Origin: Candidatus Nitrospira inopinata
GTDB lineage: Bacteria > Nitrospirota > Nitrospiria > Nitrospirales > Nitrospiraceae
Direction of reading: 5' to 3'
Length of the DNA: 32,000 nucleotides
NCBI RefSeq assembly: GCF_001458695.1
Contig: NZ_LN885086.1
Coordinates: forward strand, 1,620,001-1,652,000
Positions 14,654-23,428 of the stretch are shown piece after piece. A model generated the notes under the pieces. That model saw only the letters and a program-made list of their open reading frames with translations, was not told the DNA's origin and searched no databases. Within the stretch, counting starts at the first letter, position 1. Every line of letters begins with the position of its first letter. The position numbers and the translations under genes were made by a program.

Positions 14654-14671
14654 GTTAAGTTTTCGTTACAA
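14654..14671 (-). promoter_or_regulatory. Pho-box-like 7-4-7 repeat on the plcP-like strand: TTGTAAC GAAA ACTTAAC
   Basis: The reverse complement of gttaagttttcgttacaa. It lies about 260 nt upstream of the plcP-like ATG and about 125 nt upstream of the divergent hydrolase ATG. Confidence 0.3.
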
Positions 14672-14794
14672 GCCCGTTCCGCCGTTGACCCGCGCGCGAC
14701 GTTATTCCAGGATTGAAAGAAAAATGAGAGACCAGCGTTCCGATCGCATGATTCCGCGCACGGCCGTAAACCCTCTTGCCGGACGGCGCGCGCG

Positions 14795-15499
14795 ATGAAG
14801 CCGACCGAGCTTGTGCTGTTGCCCGGGCTCGACGGGACGGACGTCTTTTTCAGGCCGTTGCTCGCGGCGCTGCCGGAGTGGATCAAGCCGATGGTCGTGC
14901 AGTTTCCGACGGTCGGGGCGAACGATTATCCGGAATTGCTTGAGCTGGTTCGTCGCGTGTTGGCTGGCAAATCCGACTACTACGTGCTGGGGTGGTCCTT
15001 CGCGGGACCGCTCGCGCTGATGTTGGCCGAGGCCGAACCGAACAACGTGCGGGGCGTGATTCTGGCCTCCACGTTCGTGCGTCCGCCCCGTCGGGTCTTC
15101 GCGCGCCTCCGATGGGCCGCCGTGACGCCGACGGTGTGGATGATCCGGGCCGGCAAAAGGCTTCCGGTCTGGCTGCTCCGAAACCCGACCGACCGGCTCA
15201 GGCGGGATAAGACCGAAACGTGGAAACGCGTCGGTACCGGGATGATCGCGGCGCGGATCAGGACGGTGCTCAACGTCGACGCGCGGGAGCGTTTGCGCGC
15301 CTGTTCACATCCCGTTCTTTGCTTGGCCGGCGCCGACGACGGGGTCGTGCCCCGCCATAACGTCGAAGAAATCGCCGGCCTGCAACCGTCCGCCGCCGTT
15401 CGTCTCATCGAAGGGGATCATTTTGCGATCTATACGAATCCGAAAGCCGCGGTGGAGGCGATCATCGAGTTTATTATTATGGGGGGGCGAGGACGATGA
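14795..15499 (+). CDS. Alpha/beta-fold hydrolase
   Basis: The nucleophile elbow GWSFAG, a later GADDGVVP (Asp) and EGDHFAI (His) give a Ser-Asp-His triad in canonical order. The stop overlaps the next ATG (ATGA at 15496-15499). Confidence 0.85.
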   Translation: MKPTELVLLPGLDGTDVFFRPLLAALPEWIKPMVVQFPTVGANDYPELLELVRRVLAGKSDYYVLGWSFAGPLALMLAEAEPNNVRGVILASTFVRPPRRVFARLRWAAVTPTVWMIRAGKRLPVWLLRNPTDRLRRDKTETWKRVGTGMIAARIRTVLNVDARERLRACSHPVLCLAGADDGVVPRHNVEEIAGLQPSAAVRLIEGDHFAIYTNPKAAVEAIIEFIIMGGRGR

Positions 15500-16221
15500 G
15501 AACGATGGCATGGGTCCTCATCGGTTGCGCGGCGCTGTGGCTCGGGATCGGAAGCGACCCCGTCTCGGCTCAGCGCAACGAGATGCCGCCCGGCTATCCG
15601 AGGACGTTGGAAGGTCAATTGCAGGCGTTGCTCAACCGAATGAAGGAGGGAAACCCGTCGCCGGAGCTGTTGGTGCAACTGTCCTCGACCTATTTCGACC
15701 TTGCGGACGACTGGTTGAAGGACGACGCGCAGCGGATCGAGGCCTATGAGTCCGGCGCGCAGGCGGCGAAGCGGGCGATCGTATTGAACGATTCCGACGC
15801 CGACGCCCATTTTTTCTACGCCGTCAACCTCGGCAGCGCGGCGTTGCTCAAGAGCGTCGTCAACGTGGTGATGGTGGTCAACGAAGTGAAGCGCGCCGTG
15901 TCGCGGGCGATCGAGCTGGATGCGAAGCACGCTCCGGCCCTTCAAATGATGGGCGGCCTCTTGATCGAGTTGCCGTGGTTTCTGGGAGGCGATGAGAAGA
16001 AAGCGCAGGCCTACTTGGAACGGGCCATCGCGGCGGACGGCAACTACACCAAGGCGCGTATCCTGGTCGCCAGGCTTTACCGAAAGCAAGGCAGGATCGA
16101 CGACGCCAGGGCGCAACTGGAAGCCGTGCTGCGCGCCGATCGTCCCCGCTACCGCTACACGTGGGAACGGACATACAAGCCGGAGGCCGAGCGCCTGCTG
16201 AAAGAAATGTCCGTTCATTAG
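15496..16221 (+). CDS. Periplasmic TPR-type protein, TatT-like paralogue
   Basis: Signal peptide MRTMAWVLIGCAALWLGIGSDPVSA. An all-helical TPR-like sequence that is colinear with the TatT protein at 16633. For example, AHFFYAVNLGSAA aligns with VPFLYWAGASWGGA, and KKAQAYLERAIAAD aligns with ASAREHFYRALALTD. Confidence 0.6.
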   Translation: MRTMAWVLIGCAALWLGIGSDPVSAQRNEMPPGYPRTLEGQLQALLNRMKEGNPSPELLVQLSSTYFDLADDWLKDDAQRIEAYESGAQAAKRAIVLNDSDADAHFFYAVNLGSAALLKSVVNVVMVVNEVKRAVSRAIELDAKHAPALQMMGGLLIELPWFLGGDEKKAQAYLERAIAADGNYTKARILVARLYRKQGRIDDARAQLEAVLRADRPRYRYTWERTYKPEAERLLKEMSVH

Positions 16222-16632
16222 GGGCGCATACCCTCAGAGGCACGCGCCTTAGACAAGTTTCACCCCCGTCCTTCGGGCATGAGCATAAAAGAAGTCACAA
16301 GGGACAACGTCGCGTGTCCGGGGCGTTCGACGAAAGCGTGAACATAACTCAACGTTGAGGCGATCTTGAGACGGGCGTTACAAGACCCGACTATCTTCAC
16401 GAGAAAAGCGACTCCATAGTCCGAGGAACGGGTTCATGGCGACGTGCTTCATGCCCCAAGTAAAGGCCCGGCACACACGGAACATCCGACGCGAACGGCC
16501 GACCCGCAAAGAGAATCCCTCGTCCACCCGCTTTGCTTACGTTCAGGAAAAGACCGAGCAACTCCCCCGTTGCGCACCCTCGACCGGTGATGGGATCGAT
16601 GCACCCTCCCGCCCGAACATGGTTCTCCGGTA

Positions 16633-17595
16633 ATGCGGGTGGATGGTGACGCCAGGTCGGGCGGCGCTCTTCGGCAACGGCGGTGTTCCCTGCTCGTCGG
16701 TTTGCTCGTCGTGGCCGTGCTCGGCGGGTGTTCCGTCAAGCGTCTGATGGCCGACTCGGTTGGAGAGGCGCTGTCCGGGGATTCCGACGTGTATGCGTCG
16801 GAGGAGGACCCGGACCTCGCCCGTGAGGCGATCCCCTTCGGCCTCAAGACGTTGGAAAGCCTTCTGGCGATTTCCCCCGATCATCGAGGGATGCTTTTGT
16901 CGGCCGCGAAGGGCTTTGCCACCTATGCCTACCTGCTTCAGGATGAGGCCGACAGGCTGGAGGCGGCCGATTTGGACCGGTCTCGGCTCCTGCGCGCCCG
17001 CTCCAAAAAGCTCTATCTGCGGGGTCGTGATTATGCGTTCAGGGGATTGAATCTGGCTCACCCTCGGTTCGAAGAACGACTGCGGCGCGATCACTTTTCC
17101 ACGCTGGCCGAAACCGAGAAAGACGACGTTCCTTTTCTCTATTGGGCCGGTGCGTCCTGGGGAGGGGCCCTTTCCGCCGGGCCGGACGATCTCGCCATGG
17201 TCTCCGACGCGCCGCTGCTCGGCGCTCTGGTGCGCCGGGTCGTTGATCTGCACGAACGGTACGAAGCGGGCGCGGCGCACGAATTTCTCGTGTCCTACGA
17301 AGCGAGCCGCCCGGGAGGGAGCGCCGCGTCGGCGCGGGAGCATTTTTACCGGGCGCTGGCTCTCACGGACGCTCCCCGCGCGTCCTTGTTCCTGGCCCTG
17401 GCGGAAAGTCTTTCCGTGAAAGAACAAAATCTTGATGAATTCAAGGATCTCCTGTCGAAGGCCTTGGCCGTCGATCCGGATCGGCAACCGAACGAGCGGT
17501 TGATCAACATGGTCGCTCGGCGGAGGGCCCGGTGGCTGTCGGCGCGGATCTCGGAGCTGTTTCTCGACGCGGACCATGAGGAAAGGATTCCATGA
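16633..17595 (+). CDS. TRAP transporter TatT component family lipoprotein (TPR protein of TPAT systems)
   Basis: Lipobox VAVLGGCS. Also FLYWAGASWGGAL...HEFLVSYEASRPGGSAASAREHFYRAL...NERLINMVARRRARWL. The stop overlaps the DctP-type gene start (ATGA at 17592-17595). Confidence 0.8.
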   Translation: MRVDGDARSGGALRQRRCSLLVGLLVVAVLGGCSVKRLMADSVGEALSGDSDVYASEEDPDLAREAIPFGLKTLESLLAISPDHRGMLLSAAKGFATYAYLLQDEADRLEAADLDRSRLLRARSKKLYLRGRDYAFRGLNLAHPRFEERLRRDHFSTLAETEKDDVPFLYWAGASWGGALSAGPDDLAMVSDAPLLGALVRRVVDLHERYEAGAAHEFLVSYEASRPGGSAASAREHFYRALALTDAPRASLFLALAESLSVKEQNLDEFKDLLSKALAVDPDRQPNERLINMVARRRARWLSARISELFLDADHEERIP

Positions 17596-18599
17596 GGCAC
17601 ATCGTGTTTGCCGGTTTCGTCGTTGCGACGATTCTCCTTGGTTGCCGGACGGCTTTGGCCGAGACAATCAAACTTGGGACCTTGGCGCCCAAGAATTCAC
17701 CCTACTACGACATCCTTCGGGACTTGGGGGACAGTTGGGCGAAGATCTCGAACGGGGCCGTTCACTTGCGGATCTATGCCGACGGCGTGGCCGGCGATGA
17801 TCCCGACATGGTCCGCAAGATGCGGATCGGCCAGCTCGACGCCGCTCTCGTGGCCGGATCGGGGCTCTATGAAATCGCTCCCGAGACCAAGGCGATCCAA
17901 CTGCCTGCGATGTTCCGCGACGACGACGAGTGGGATTTCGTGCGGACGCGAATCGCTCCCAAGTTGGAACAGATCTATGCGTCGAAGGGATTCCGGGTAC
18001 TCCTCTGGGGAGACGCCGGGTGGGTCTATCTGTTCACCCAAAAACCCGTGGTGCATCCGGATGATCTGAAACCGCTCCGGCTCTTCGTCTGGGCTGGCGA
18101 TCAGGACAACTTGCAGGCCTGGAAAAACATGGGATACCGCGCGGTGCCGCTCGCCGTGAACGAGCTCCATTCCGCGCTCCATTCGGGCATGGTCAACGCC
18201 TATCTCACGACGCCGCTGGCCGCGCTGTCCTTCCAATGGTTCGCGTTGAGCAAGGAAATGACCGACGTCAGGCTGGTTCCGCTGGTCGGCGCCCTCGTGA
18301 TCGCGGAAAAAAAATGGCAGGCGATTCCCGCGGAAGTGAGAGAGCGTCTGATTGAAGCCTCGCGCGAAGCCGGAACGCGGTTTCTTCGGGAGATGAGGAA
18401 ACACAGCGGCGAGGCCGTCCAGGTCATGCAGCGACACGGACTCACCGTCCACGCTGTGCCGCCCGACGCGCTGGCCGAATGGGCCAAACGGTTCCGAGCC
18501 AATTATCCCACCATCATGGGCCACAATGTCCCGCCCGAGCTGGTCGCCGAAGTGGAACGACTTCGCGATGAGTACCGAGCTTCGACCGCCGTCCGGTAG
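17592..18599 (+). CDS. TRAP transporter substrate-binding protein (DctP/TatP family)
   Basis: Signal peptide MRHIVFAGFVVATILLGCRTALA, then IKLGTLAPKNSPYYD...MVRKMRIGQLDAA...WGDAGWVYLF...VNELHSALHSGMVNAY. Confidence 0.9.
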   Translation: MRHIVFAGFVVATILLGCRTALAETIKLGTLAPKNSPYYDILRDLGDSWAKISNGAVHLRIYADGVAGDDPDMVRKMRIGQLDAALVAGSGLYEIAPETKAIQLPAMFRDDDEWDFVRTRIAPKLEQIYASKGFRVLLWGDAGWVYLFTQKPVVHPDDLKPLRLFVWAGDQDNLQAWKNMGYRAVPLAVNELHSALHSGMVNAYLTTPLAALSFQWFALSKEMTDVRLVPLVGALVIAEKKWQAIPAEVRERLIEASREAGTRFLREMRKHSGEAVQVMQRHGLTVHAVPPDALAEWAKRFRANYPTIMGHNVPPELVAEVERLRDEYRASTAVR

Positions 18600-18636
18600 C
18601 GAGCCGATTGGAGACGTTCATGCCCACGGCGCCGTC

Positions 18637-20493
18637 ATGGTCTCTCCCTCTCGAGACGGAATGGAGGCGGCGGAGCCTCGCCTCCGGCGGGGCGGCATGA
18701 CGTTCTTTGACCCGGTGCTCAACCTGGCTCGCCGGTTTGAGAACAGCCTGGCCGGGCTTGCGTTGATCCTGATGGCCGGGCTGCCCGTCGTCGAGATTCT
18801 GCTCCGGCTGTCGCTGAATACCGGGATTCCCGCTTCCGCCGGTTACGTTCAGAACCTCACATTATGGGTCGGGTTCATCGGCGCCATGCTGGCGGCGAGA
18901 GACGAGGGCCACCTGACCTTTCTGCTCGGCCGAGAGATCGTCCTGCCGGCCGTCCGCGCCTATTCCGCGGCGTTCACCGCGCTGGTGTCCACGGCCGTCG
19001 CGGCGAGCCTGAGCTGGGCGTCCCTTGAGTTCGTGCGAGCCGATCTCCAATCGCCCGTCGTCGGCGAGTGGTTGCCGACGTGGGCGGTAGAAGCGGTGCT
19101 TCCTCTGAGTTTCGCTGTGATGGCGGTTCGCTTCGCCATGAAGCCGGAGGCGATCCGTGATCGGTTCATCGCCCTGCTCGGGATTCCCGCAGCGGCGGGC
19201 ATCGGATGGCTCCTGCCGGCGGGCACGCCAGAGGTCCTGTGGGTCGGGCTTTTTGCGTTGTTGTTCGCGGCGGTCCTTGGGGCGCCCATTTTCATCATCC
19301 TCGGCGGGGTGACGCTGCTGCTTTTGCGGATGGAAGGGACGACCGCCGCGGCCATTCCCGTGGAAACCTACCGCCTCGTGGTCTCTCCCTCGATTCCGGC
19401 GATCCCCCTCTTCACGCTGGCCGGCTACGTTCTGGCGGAGGGGGGAGCCAGTCGCCGTCTGGTTCGGGTCTTTCGCGCCTGGTTCGGCTGGTTGCCGGGC
19501 GGGCTGGCGGTCGTCGTGACGTCGCTCTGCGCGTTTCTGACCACCTTCACCGGGGCGTCGGGGGTCACGATCCTCGCGGTCGGGGGGCTGTTGCTTCCCG
19601 TCTTGGTCGACAGCGGGTATCGCCGGGGCTTTGGGATCGGATTGCTGACCGGCACGGGTTCGATCGGGCTTCTGTTTCCGCCGAGCCTTGCGGTCATTCT
19701 CTACGGTGTCGTGGCTCACGTGTCCATATTGGATCTGTTCAAGGCGGGCGTCTTGCCCGGGCTTCTGTTGGTGACCGCGGTCAGTGTGTTGGGAGTCCGT
19801 GAGGCGTGGCGGAACCCTCAATCTCGGGTTCCCTTCGCGATGCGGGAGGCTCTGGCGGCCCTGTGGGAAGCCAAATGGGAGCTGATGACGCCCGTTCTCG
19901 TGCTCGGCAGTTTGTTCGGCGGCTATGGCACGCTGATCGAGACGGCGGCGATGACGGCCGTGTACACCCTTGCGGTCGAGGTGATGATCCATCGGGAGCT
20001 CACCGTTCTGAGAGACGTGCCCGCCGTCTTGGTCAAGTGCCTGACGCTCTTGGGCGGCGTCTTCGCCATCCTCGGGGTGGCGTTGGGACTCGCCAATTAT
20101 CTCGTCGATGCGGAAGTGCCCATGAACGCGGCGGACTGGTTTCAACGCCACGTCGACTCGAGGCTCGTCTTTCTGATGGCGCTGAATCTCTTTCTTATCA
20201 TCGTCGGCTGCCTGTTGGACATCTTCTCGGCCATCACGATCGTCGTGCCGCTGATCCAGCCCATCAGCCAGGCCTTCGGCGTCGATCCGCTGCATCTTGC
20301 CATGATCTTTTTGCTGAACATGCAATTGGGGTATTTGACGCCTCCGGTCGGCCTCGATTTGTTTTTTGCCTCGTACCGGTTCGGCGCGCCGCTCGGCGAG
20401 GTGTTTCGGCACACCTTTCCGTTTTTTCTCGCCATGTTGATCGTCCTGTTGCTCGTGACCTACGTGCCGTGGCTGGCTCTTGCGTTGGTCTGA
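18637..20493 (+). CDS. TRAP transporter fused small/large permease (DctQ-DctM)
   Basis: Many TM helices. A DctQ-like N-terminal portion (LAGLALILMAGLPVVEILLR) is followed by DctM-like motifs (PLFTLAGYVLAEGGASRRL, GSIGLLFPPSLAVILYG, MQLGYLTPPVGLDLF). The start is ambiguous (18637, 18661 or 18697). The track start at 18526 overlaps dctP. Confidence 0.85.
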   Translation: MVSPSRDGMEAAEPRLRRGGMTFFDPVLNLARRFENSLAGLALILMAGLPVVEILLRLSLNTGIPASAGYVQNLTLWVGFIGAMLAARDEGHLTFLLGREIVLPAVRAYSAAFTALVSTAVAASLSWASLEFVRADLQSPVVGEWLPTWAVEAVLPLSFAVMAVRFAMKPEAIRDRFIALLGIPAAAGIGWLLPAGTPEVLWVGLFALLFAAVLGAPIFIILGGVTLLLLRMEGTTAAAIPVETYRLVVSPSIPAIPLFTLAGYVLAEGGASRRLVRVFRAWFGWLPGGLAVVVTSLCAFLTTFTGASGVTILAVGGLLLPVLVDSGYRRGFGIGLLTGTGSIGLLFPPSLAVILYGVVAHVSILDLFKAGVLPGLLLVTAVSVLGVREAWRNPQSRVPFAMREALAALWEAKWELMTPVLVLGSLFGGYGTLIETAAMTAVYTLAVEVMIHRELTVLRDVPAVLVKCLTLLGGVFAILGVALGLANYLVDAEVPMNAADWFQRHVDSRLVFLMALNLFLIIVGCLLDIFSAITIVVPLIQPISQAFGVDPLHLAMIFLLNMQLGYLTPPVGLDLFFASYRFGAPLGEVFRHTFPFFLAMLIVLLLVTYVPWLALALV

Positions 20494-20539
20494 GCCTGCG
20501 TGGGGATGGGCAAGAGCGCCATCAACGGGGCGCAGGCTC
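20492..20539. terminator. 9-bp perfect inverted repeat GAGCCTGCG...CGCAGGCTC spanning the convergent junction. Possible bidirectional terminator.
   Basis: Arms at 20492-20500 and 20531-20539 with a 30-nt loop. The structure overlaps both stop codons. Confidence 0.3.
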
Positions 20540-21901
20540 TTGTGAGTCGCCGAGCAGTTCGGCTTTGGAGGGAATTTGCGTCAGGATGTCCGGACGGACT
20601 TGAAACAGGCCCTGCAAACGGTGGCCCGTGGCGTACAGAAGATTGCCCGACAGGTTGCCCAGAGCCAGTTTGCCGGCAATTTTTCCGTCTTTGCCGGTGG
20701 CGACGAATTCAGCCTTGGGCTCCAACAGCCCGTAGGGAGCGAGCGCCGTCGCTTGTTTGAGAACCCGTTCCTCGGCCGGCAGGTTGGCCACTCGGCTGAC
20801 AAACAAGTCGGCGATTTCCTGCCGGAGTTTGCGGTCCGGTTGATCTTCCAGGACCCATTCGCCTTGTTGATTGATCAACACGTAGGACCGATCCCTGGTC
20901 TTGACCGAGAGCATCGCGACGTCTTCGACGTCGACGCCCAGCAACCGTTTGTCCTGAAGATCGAAGAGGTCCTTGGTAAAGCTTTTGATGAACGTCGGAT
21001 TGACGCGGTAGAGGGGGGCCTCCGGGATGGTTTCCGCGATCGCTTCGCCGCTCTGCGGGTCCGGTTGATAGAGACGTACGGTTTGATCCCCCGCCGCCGT
21101 GTGGATCGTGATCTTCACTTTCGGAGCCGTCAGGGCTTTGGCGACGGCGTCTCTCTCGGGACCGGGGTCGATGATGCCGAGCGCCTTGAGATCTTCCAGC
21201 CGGAAGAGCAGCGAACGAACCTCGACTTGATCGGCTTCCGCCTCGATGGGATAGCGGATTTTCCAAGACGGCTTGGGTTTGCCTCCGGCCATGTTGTACA
21301 GGACGATTTCCGTGGAAGGATAGGTCAGGCGCAGGCGGTCGATCTCGTGTTGCGCGAAGCGGAGAATCTCTTTCCGGCGAAACGTCATGAGCGATTTGTT
21401 GATGAAATCCTTCGGGGCTAGGTCGGTTAACAGCACCTTTCCATCCGACCCGCGCAAGACGTACAGGGTGTTGGACAGCGGGCCGCTGTCGCCCAGCGCC
21501 AAGGTTTCCTGTTGTGAGCCCGCTGTCACGGTCACGGTCGTGATGGGCTGTTCCAATCCAAATGGAGCAAGAGGGGCGGACCGGTCGGCGACCGTTCGGC
21601 TGACGGCGCCGGTCGCGAGCGCGCGGAGCAGGGCTTGGACCTCGCGCGAGTCGGCGTCGGTTTTCAACGGCGCCGTGATGACCCACTCGCCGGCGTCGGC
21701 TTTCGAGAGTTGAACGAGCCCTTGCGCCGTCGTCATCGCCACCCCGGTGATGGCCGACTCGGCAAACGGCAACAGTTGTTTCGCTTGAGTCTCCTGTTCC
21801 TGCTCCTGTTGCTGAGCGGGAAATTCCACAAGGTAGAGATAGGCGGCCAATCCGGCCAAAATGACCGCCATCAGCAGTGTGGACCGGTACCGCATCGTCA
21901 T
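20522..21901 (-). CDS. DUF4340-type protein, last gene of the GldG-type ABC operon
   Basis: N-terminal TM helix (STLLMAVILAGLAAYLYLV), then a long soluble region. Its position immediately after a GldG-like gene is the usual DUF4340 context. Confidence 0.75.
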   Translation of the reverse strand: MTMRYRSTLLMAVILAGLAAYLYLVEFPAQQQEQEQETQAKQLLPFAESAITGVAMTTAQGLVQLSKADAGEWVITAPLKTDADSREVQALLRALATGAVSRTVADRSAPLAPFGLEQPITTVTVTAGSQQETLALGDSGPLSNTLYVLRGSDGKVLLTDLAPKDFINKSLMTFRRKEILRFAQHEIDRLRLTYPSTEIVLYNMAGGKPKPSWKIRYPIEAEADQVEVRSLLFRLEDLKALGIIDPGPERDAVAKALTAPKVKITIHTAAGDQTVRLYQPDPQSGEAIAETIPEAPLYRVNPTFIKSFTKDLFDLQDKRLLGVDVEDVAMLSVKTRDRSYVLINQQGEWVLEDQPDRKLRQEIADLFVSRVANLPAEERVLKQATALAPYGLLEPKAEFVATGKDGKIAGKLALGNLSGNLLYATGHRLQGLFQVRPDILTQIPSKAELLGDSQEPAPR

Positions 21902-21904
21902 CGG

Positions 21905-23428
21905 TTACAGGCGTCTGCGCTTTCTCCAGACCATGACGCCGGTGACCAGCGCCGCGAGCGGGAGAAAGACCACTTGCACGTAAAGCAGCGCCCGCTCCTG
22001 CAACGGATTGGGCACGAACGGCCGCAACGCCGGCTCTTTCGGCGCGATCGACAGCAAGTCCCGCTCTTCGGCGAGCCAGCCCACGGTGTGGAGAAAGAAG
22101 TCGCTGTTGCCGGGAAAGTTGAAAAAGGCGTTGGTGGCGAAGGCCGAGTTGCCGATCACGACGACGGCCGGTCGCGGCTCACCTTCTTTCGGTTCCGTTT
22201 TTGGCGACAGCGCCATGGCCAGGGGGAGGGGGCCCCTCACGTCCTCCTTTTCGTTCAAGCTCACGACGCGGCCCTGCATGTTGGTTTCGGCCCAACTGTT
22301 GGCCGACGTGCGGGCGAGCGGAACGGCATCCCAACTTTTCCCCGCCTGCTCGTCAAAGGTGACGTGCTGCGACAAGGGAAACAACACCGCCGAGGTCAGA
22401 TCCTGGGTGATCTCGTGCTCGGTAAACGTGCGGACCAAGAGCGCCGTCAGGTCGCCCGCGGCGAGCCGGTCCTGGAGATCGACGAGCACGCCGGGGCCCA
22501 GACCGAGCCCCCAGCGCGCCAGCAGAGGATCGAGCCCGGTTTGCGTGTCGGGATCGGCCAGCACGAGCAACCGGCCGCCTTGTTCGACGTACTCGCGGAT
22601 CCGGTCCTGTTCTTCTCGAGTGACCAGGCGGCGTGGTCCGGCCAGCACGAGCACCGTGGTGTCCTGGGGAACCGAGGTTTCCTGAAGAAGCGAAACGGTT
22701 CCGACCTCATAGCCCTGTTTGGTCAAGGCTTCTTTGGCGATCGATAGGCCATTGCGTTCCCGATCCTCCACGTTGCGTTCGCCGTGCCCCTCGACGAAGA
22801 CGATGCGTTTTTTGGCGTCTTTGGAAATGCGCAGCAACGCTCCGGTCAGTTCGACTTCCGAGGGCGAGGTCACCCGGATGGTCCGTCCGCCGCTCTCGAA
22901 AATCGCGGTGTCGCTCCGAAACACTCCATAGTCCTGCGCGAGCTTCGGTTGTTTTTCGGGATCGACGAATTCCACCGTGAGTTTGGTGGACGCCTGTCGA
23001 TAACTCTCCAGCCGGTCTTTATAGGCCTGGTACCCCGGATCGTTTTCCCTGGTGAACACCGTGATCTTGACGTCCTGTTGCAGCGCGCGGAGTGCGCGAT
23101 AGGTCTGGGGAGCCAGCGTGAAGCTTTGGTTCTCGGACAGATCCCAGCGAACGGAATGGCGGGACGCCAGGAAATTCACGATGGCCAGAATGGCCGCGAG
23201 CAGCAGAATGGTCAGCGCGCTGTGCAGGCCCATCTTGGTCGAGCGACGGCCGGACAGGGCTTTCACCGTCTCGAAATGCAGCGAGAAAAACATCAGCAGG
23301 CAGCTCAGCGCGAGCAGTTCGGCGACGGTGACGGGCCAGAGCCAGTCCGGTCGCAGGCTGTAGGCGACGGCGCCGCCGACGGCCAGGATCAATCCGATCA
23401 GTCCGAGAGGAAGCGATTTCCAGCTCAT
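21905..23428 (-). CDS. GldG-family ABC-transporter-associated protein (Gldg/ABC_transp_aux)
   Basis: N- and C-terminal TM helices flank a large extracytoplasmic domain. ATGA overlap with the upstream ABC-2 permease. Confidence 0.8.
   Translation of the reverse strand: MSWKSLPLGLIGLILAVGGAVAYSLRPDWLWPVTVAELLALSCLLMFFSLHFETVKALSGRRSTKMGLHSALTILLLAAILAIVNFLASRHSVRWDLSENQSFTLAPQTYRALRALQQDVKITVFTRENDPGYQAYKDRLESYRQASTKLTVEFVDPEKQPKLAQDYGVFRSDTAIFESGGRTIRVTSPSEVELTGALLRISKDAKKRIVFVEGHGERNVEDRERNGLSIAKEALTKQGYEVGTVSLLQETSVPQDTTVLVLAGPRRLVTREEQDRIREYVEQGGRLLVLADPDTQTGLDPLLARWGLGLGPGVLVDLQDRLAAGDLTALLVRTFTEHEITQDLTSAVLFPLSQHVTFDEQAGKSWDAVPLARTSANSWAETNMQGRVVSLNEKEDVRGPLPLAMALSPKTEPKEGEPRPAVVVIGNSAFATNAFFNFPGNSDFFLHTVGWLAEERDLLSIAPKEPALRPFVPNPLQERALLYVQVVFLPLAALVTGVMVWRKRRRL

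Noticed and set aside
14568-14798. 76-aa basic ORF whose TGA overlaps the hydrolase ATG (ATGA) and which contains the 12-bp repeat in frame (RSSARSSA)
   Set aside because: The composition (Arg/Ser/Ala/Lys) and the GTG start with a cramped SD look non-coding. The ATGA overlap is probably coincidental. It could be revisited if ribosome-profiling data exist.
16543-17667. 374-aa ORF antisense to tatT
   Set aside because: Shadow ORF with no SD and no domain. The sense frame has a lipobox and TatT motifs.
18862-20412. 516-aa ORF antisense to the TRAP permease
   Set aside because: It has an extreme Arg/Asp/Gln/Pro composition and no hydrophobic core. The sense strand encodes a canonical multi-TM DctQM protein.
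21426-21431. The idea that the AT-rich hexamer GTTAAC is confined to the phosphate-gene promoters
   Set aside because: GTTAAC also occurs inside coding sequence (for example at about 21426) and near glgP. Exclusivity cannot be claimed without a genome-wide count.
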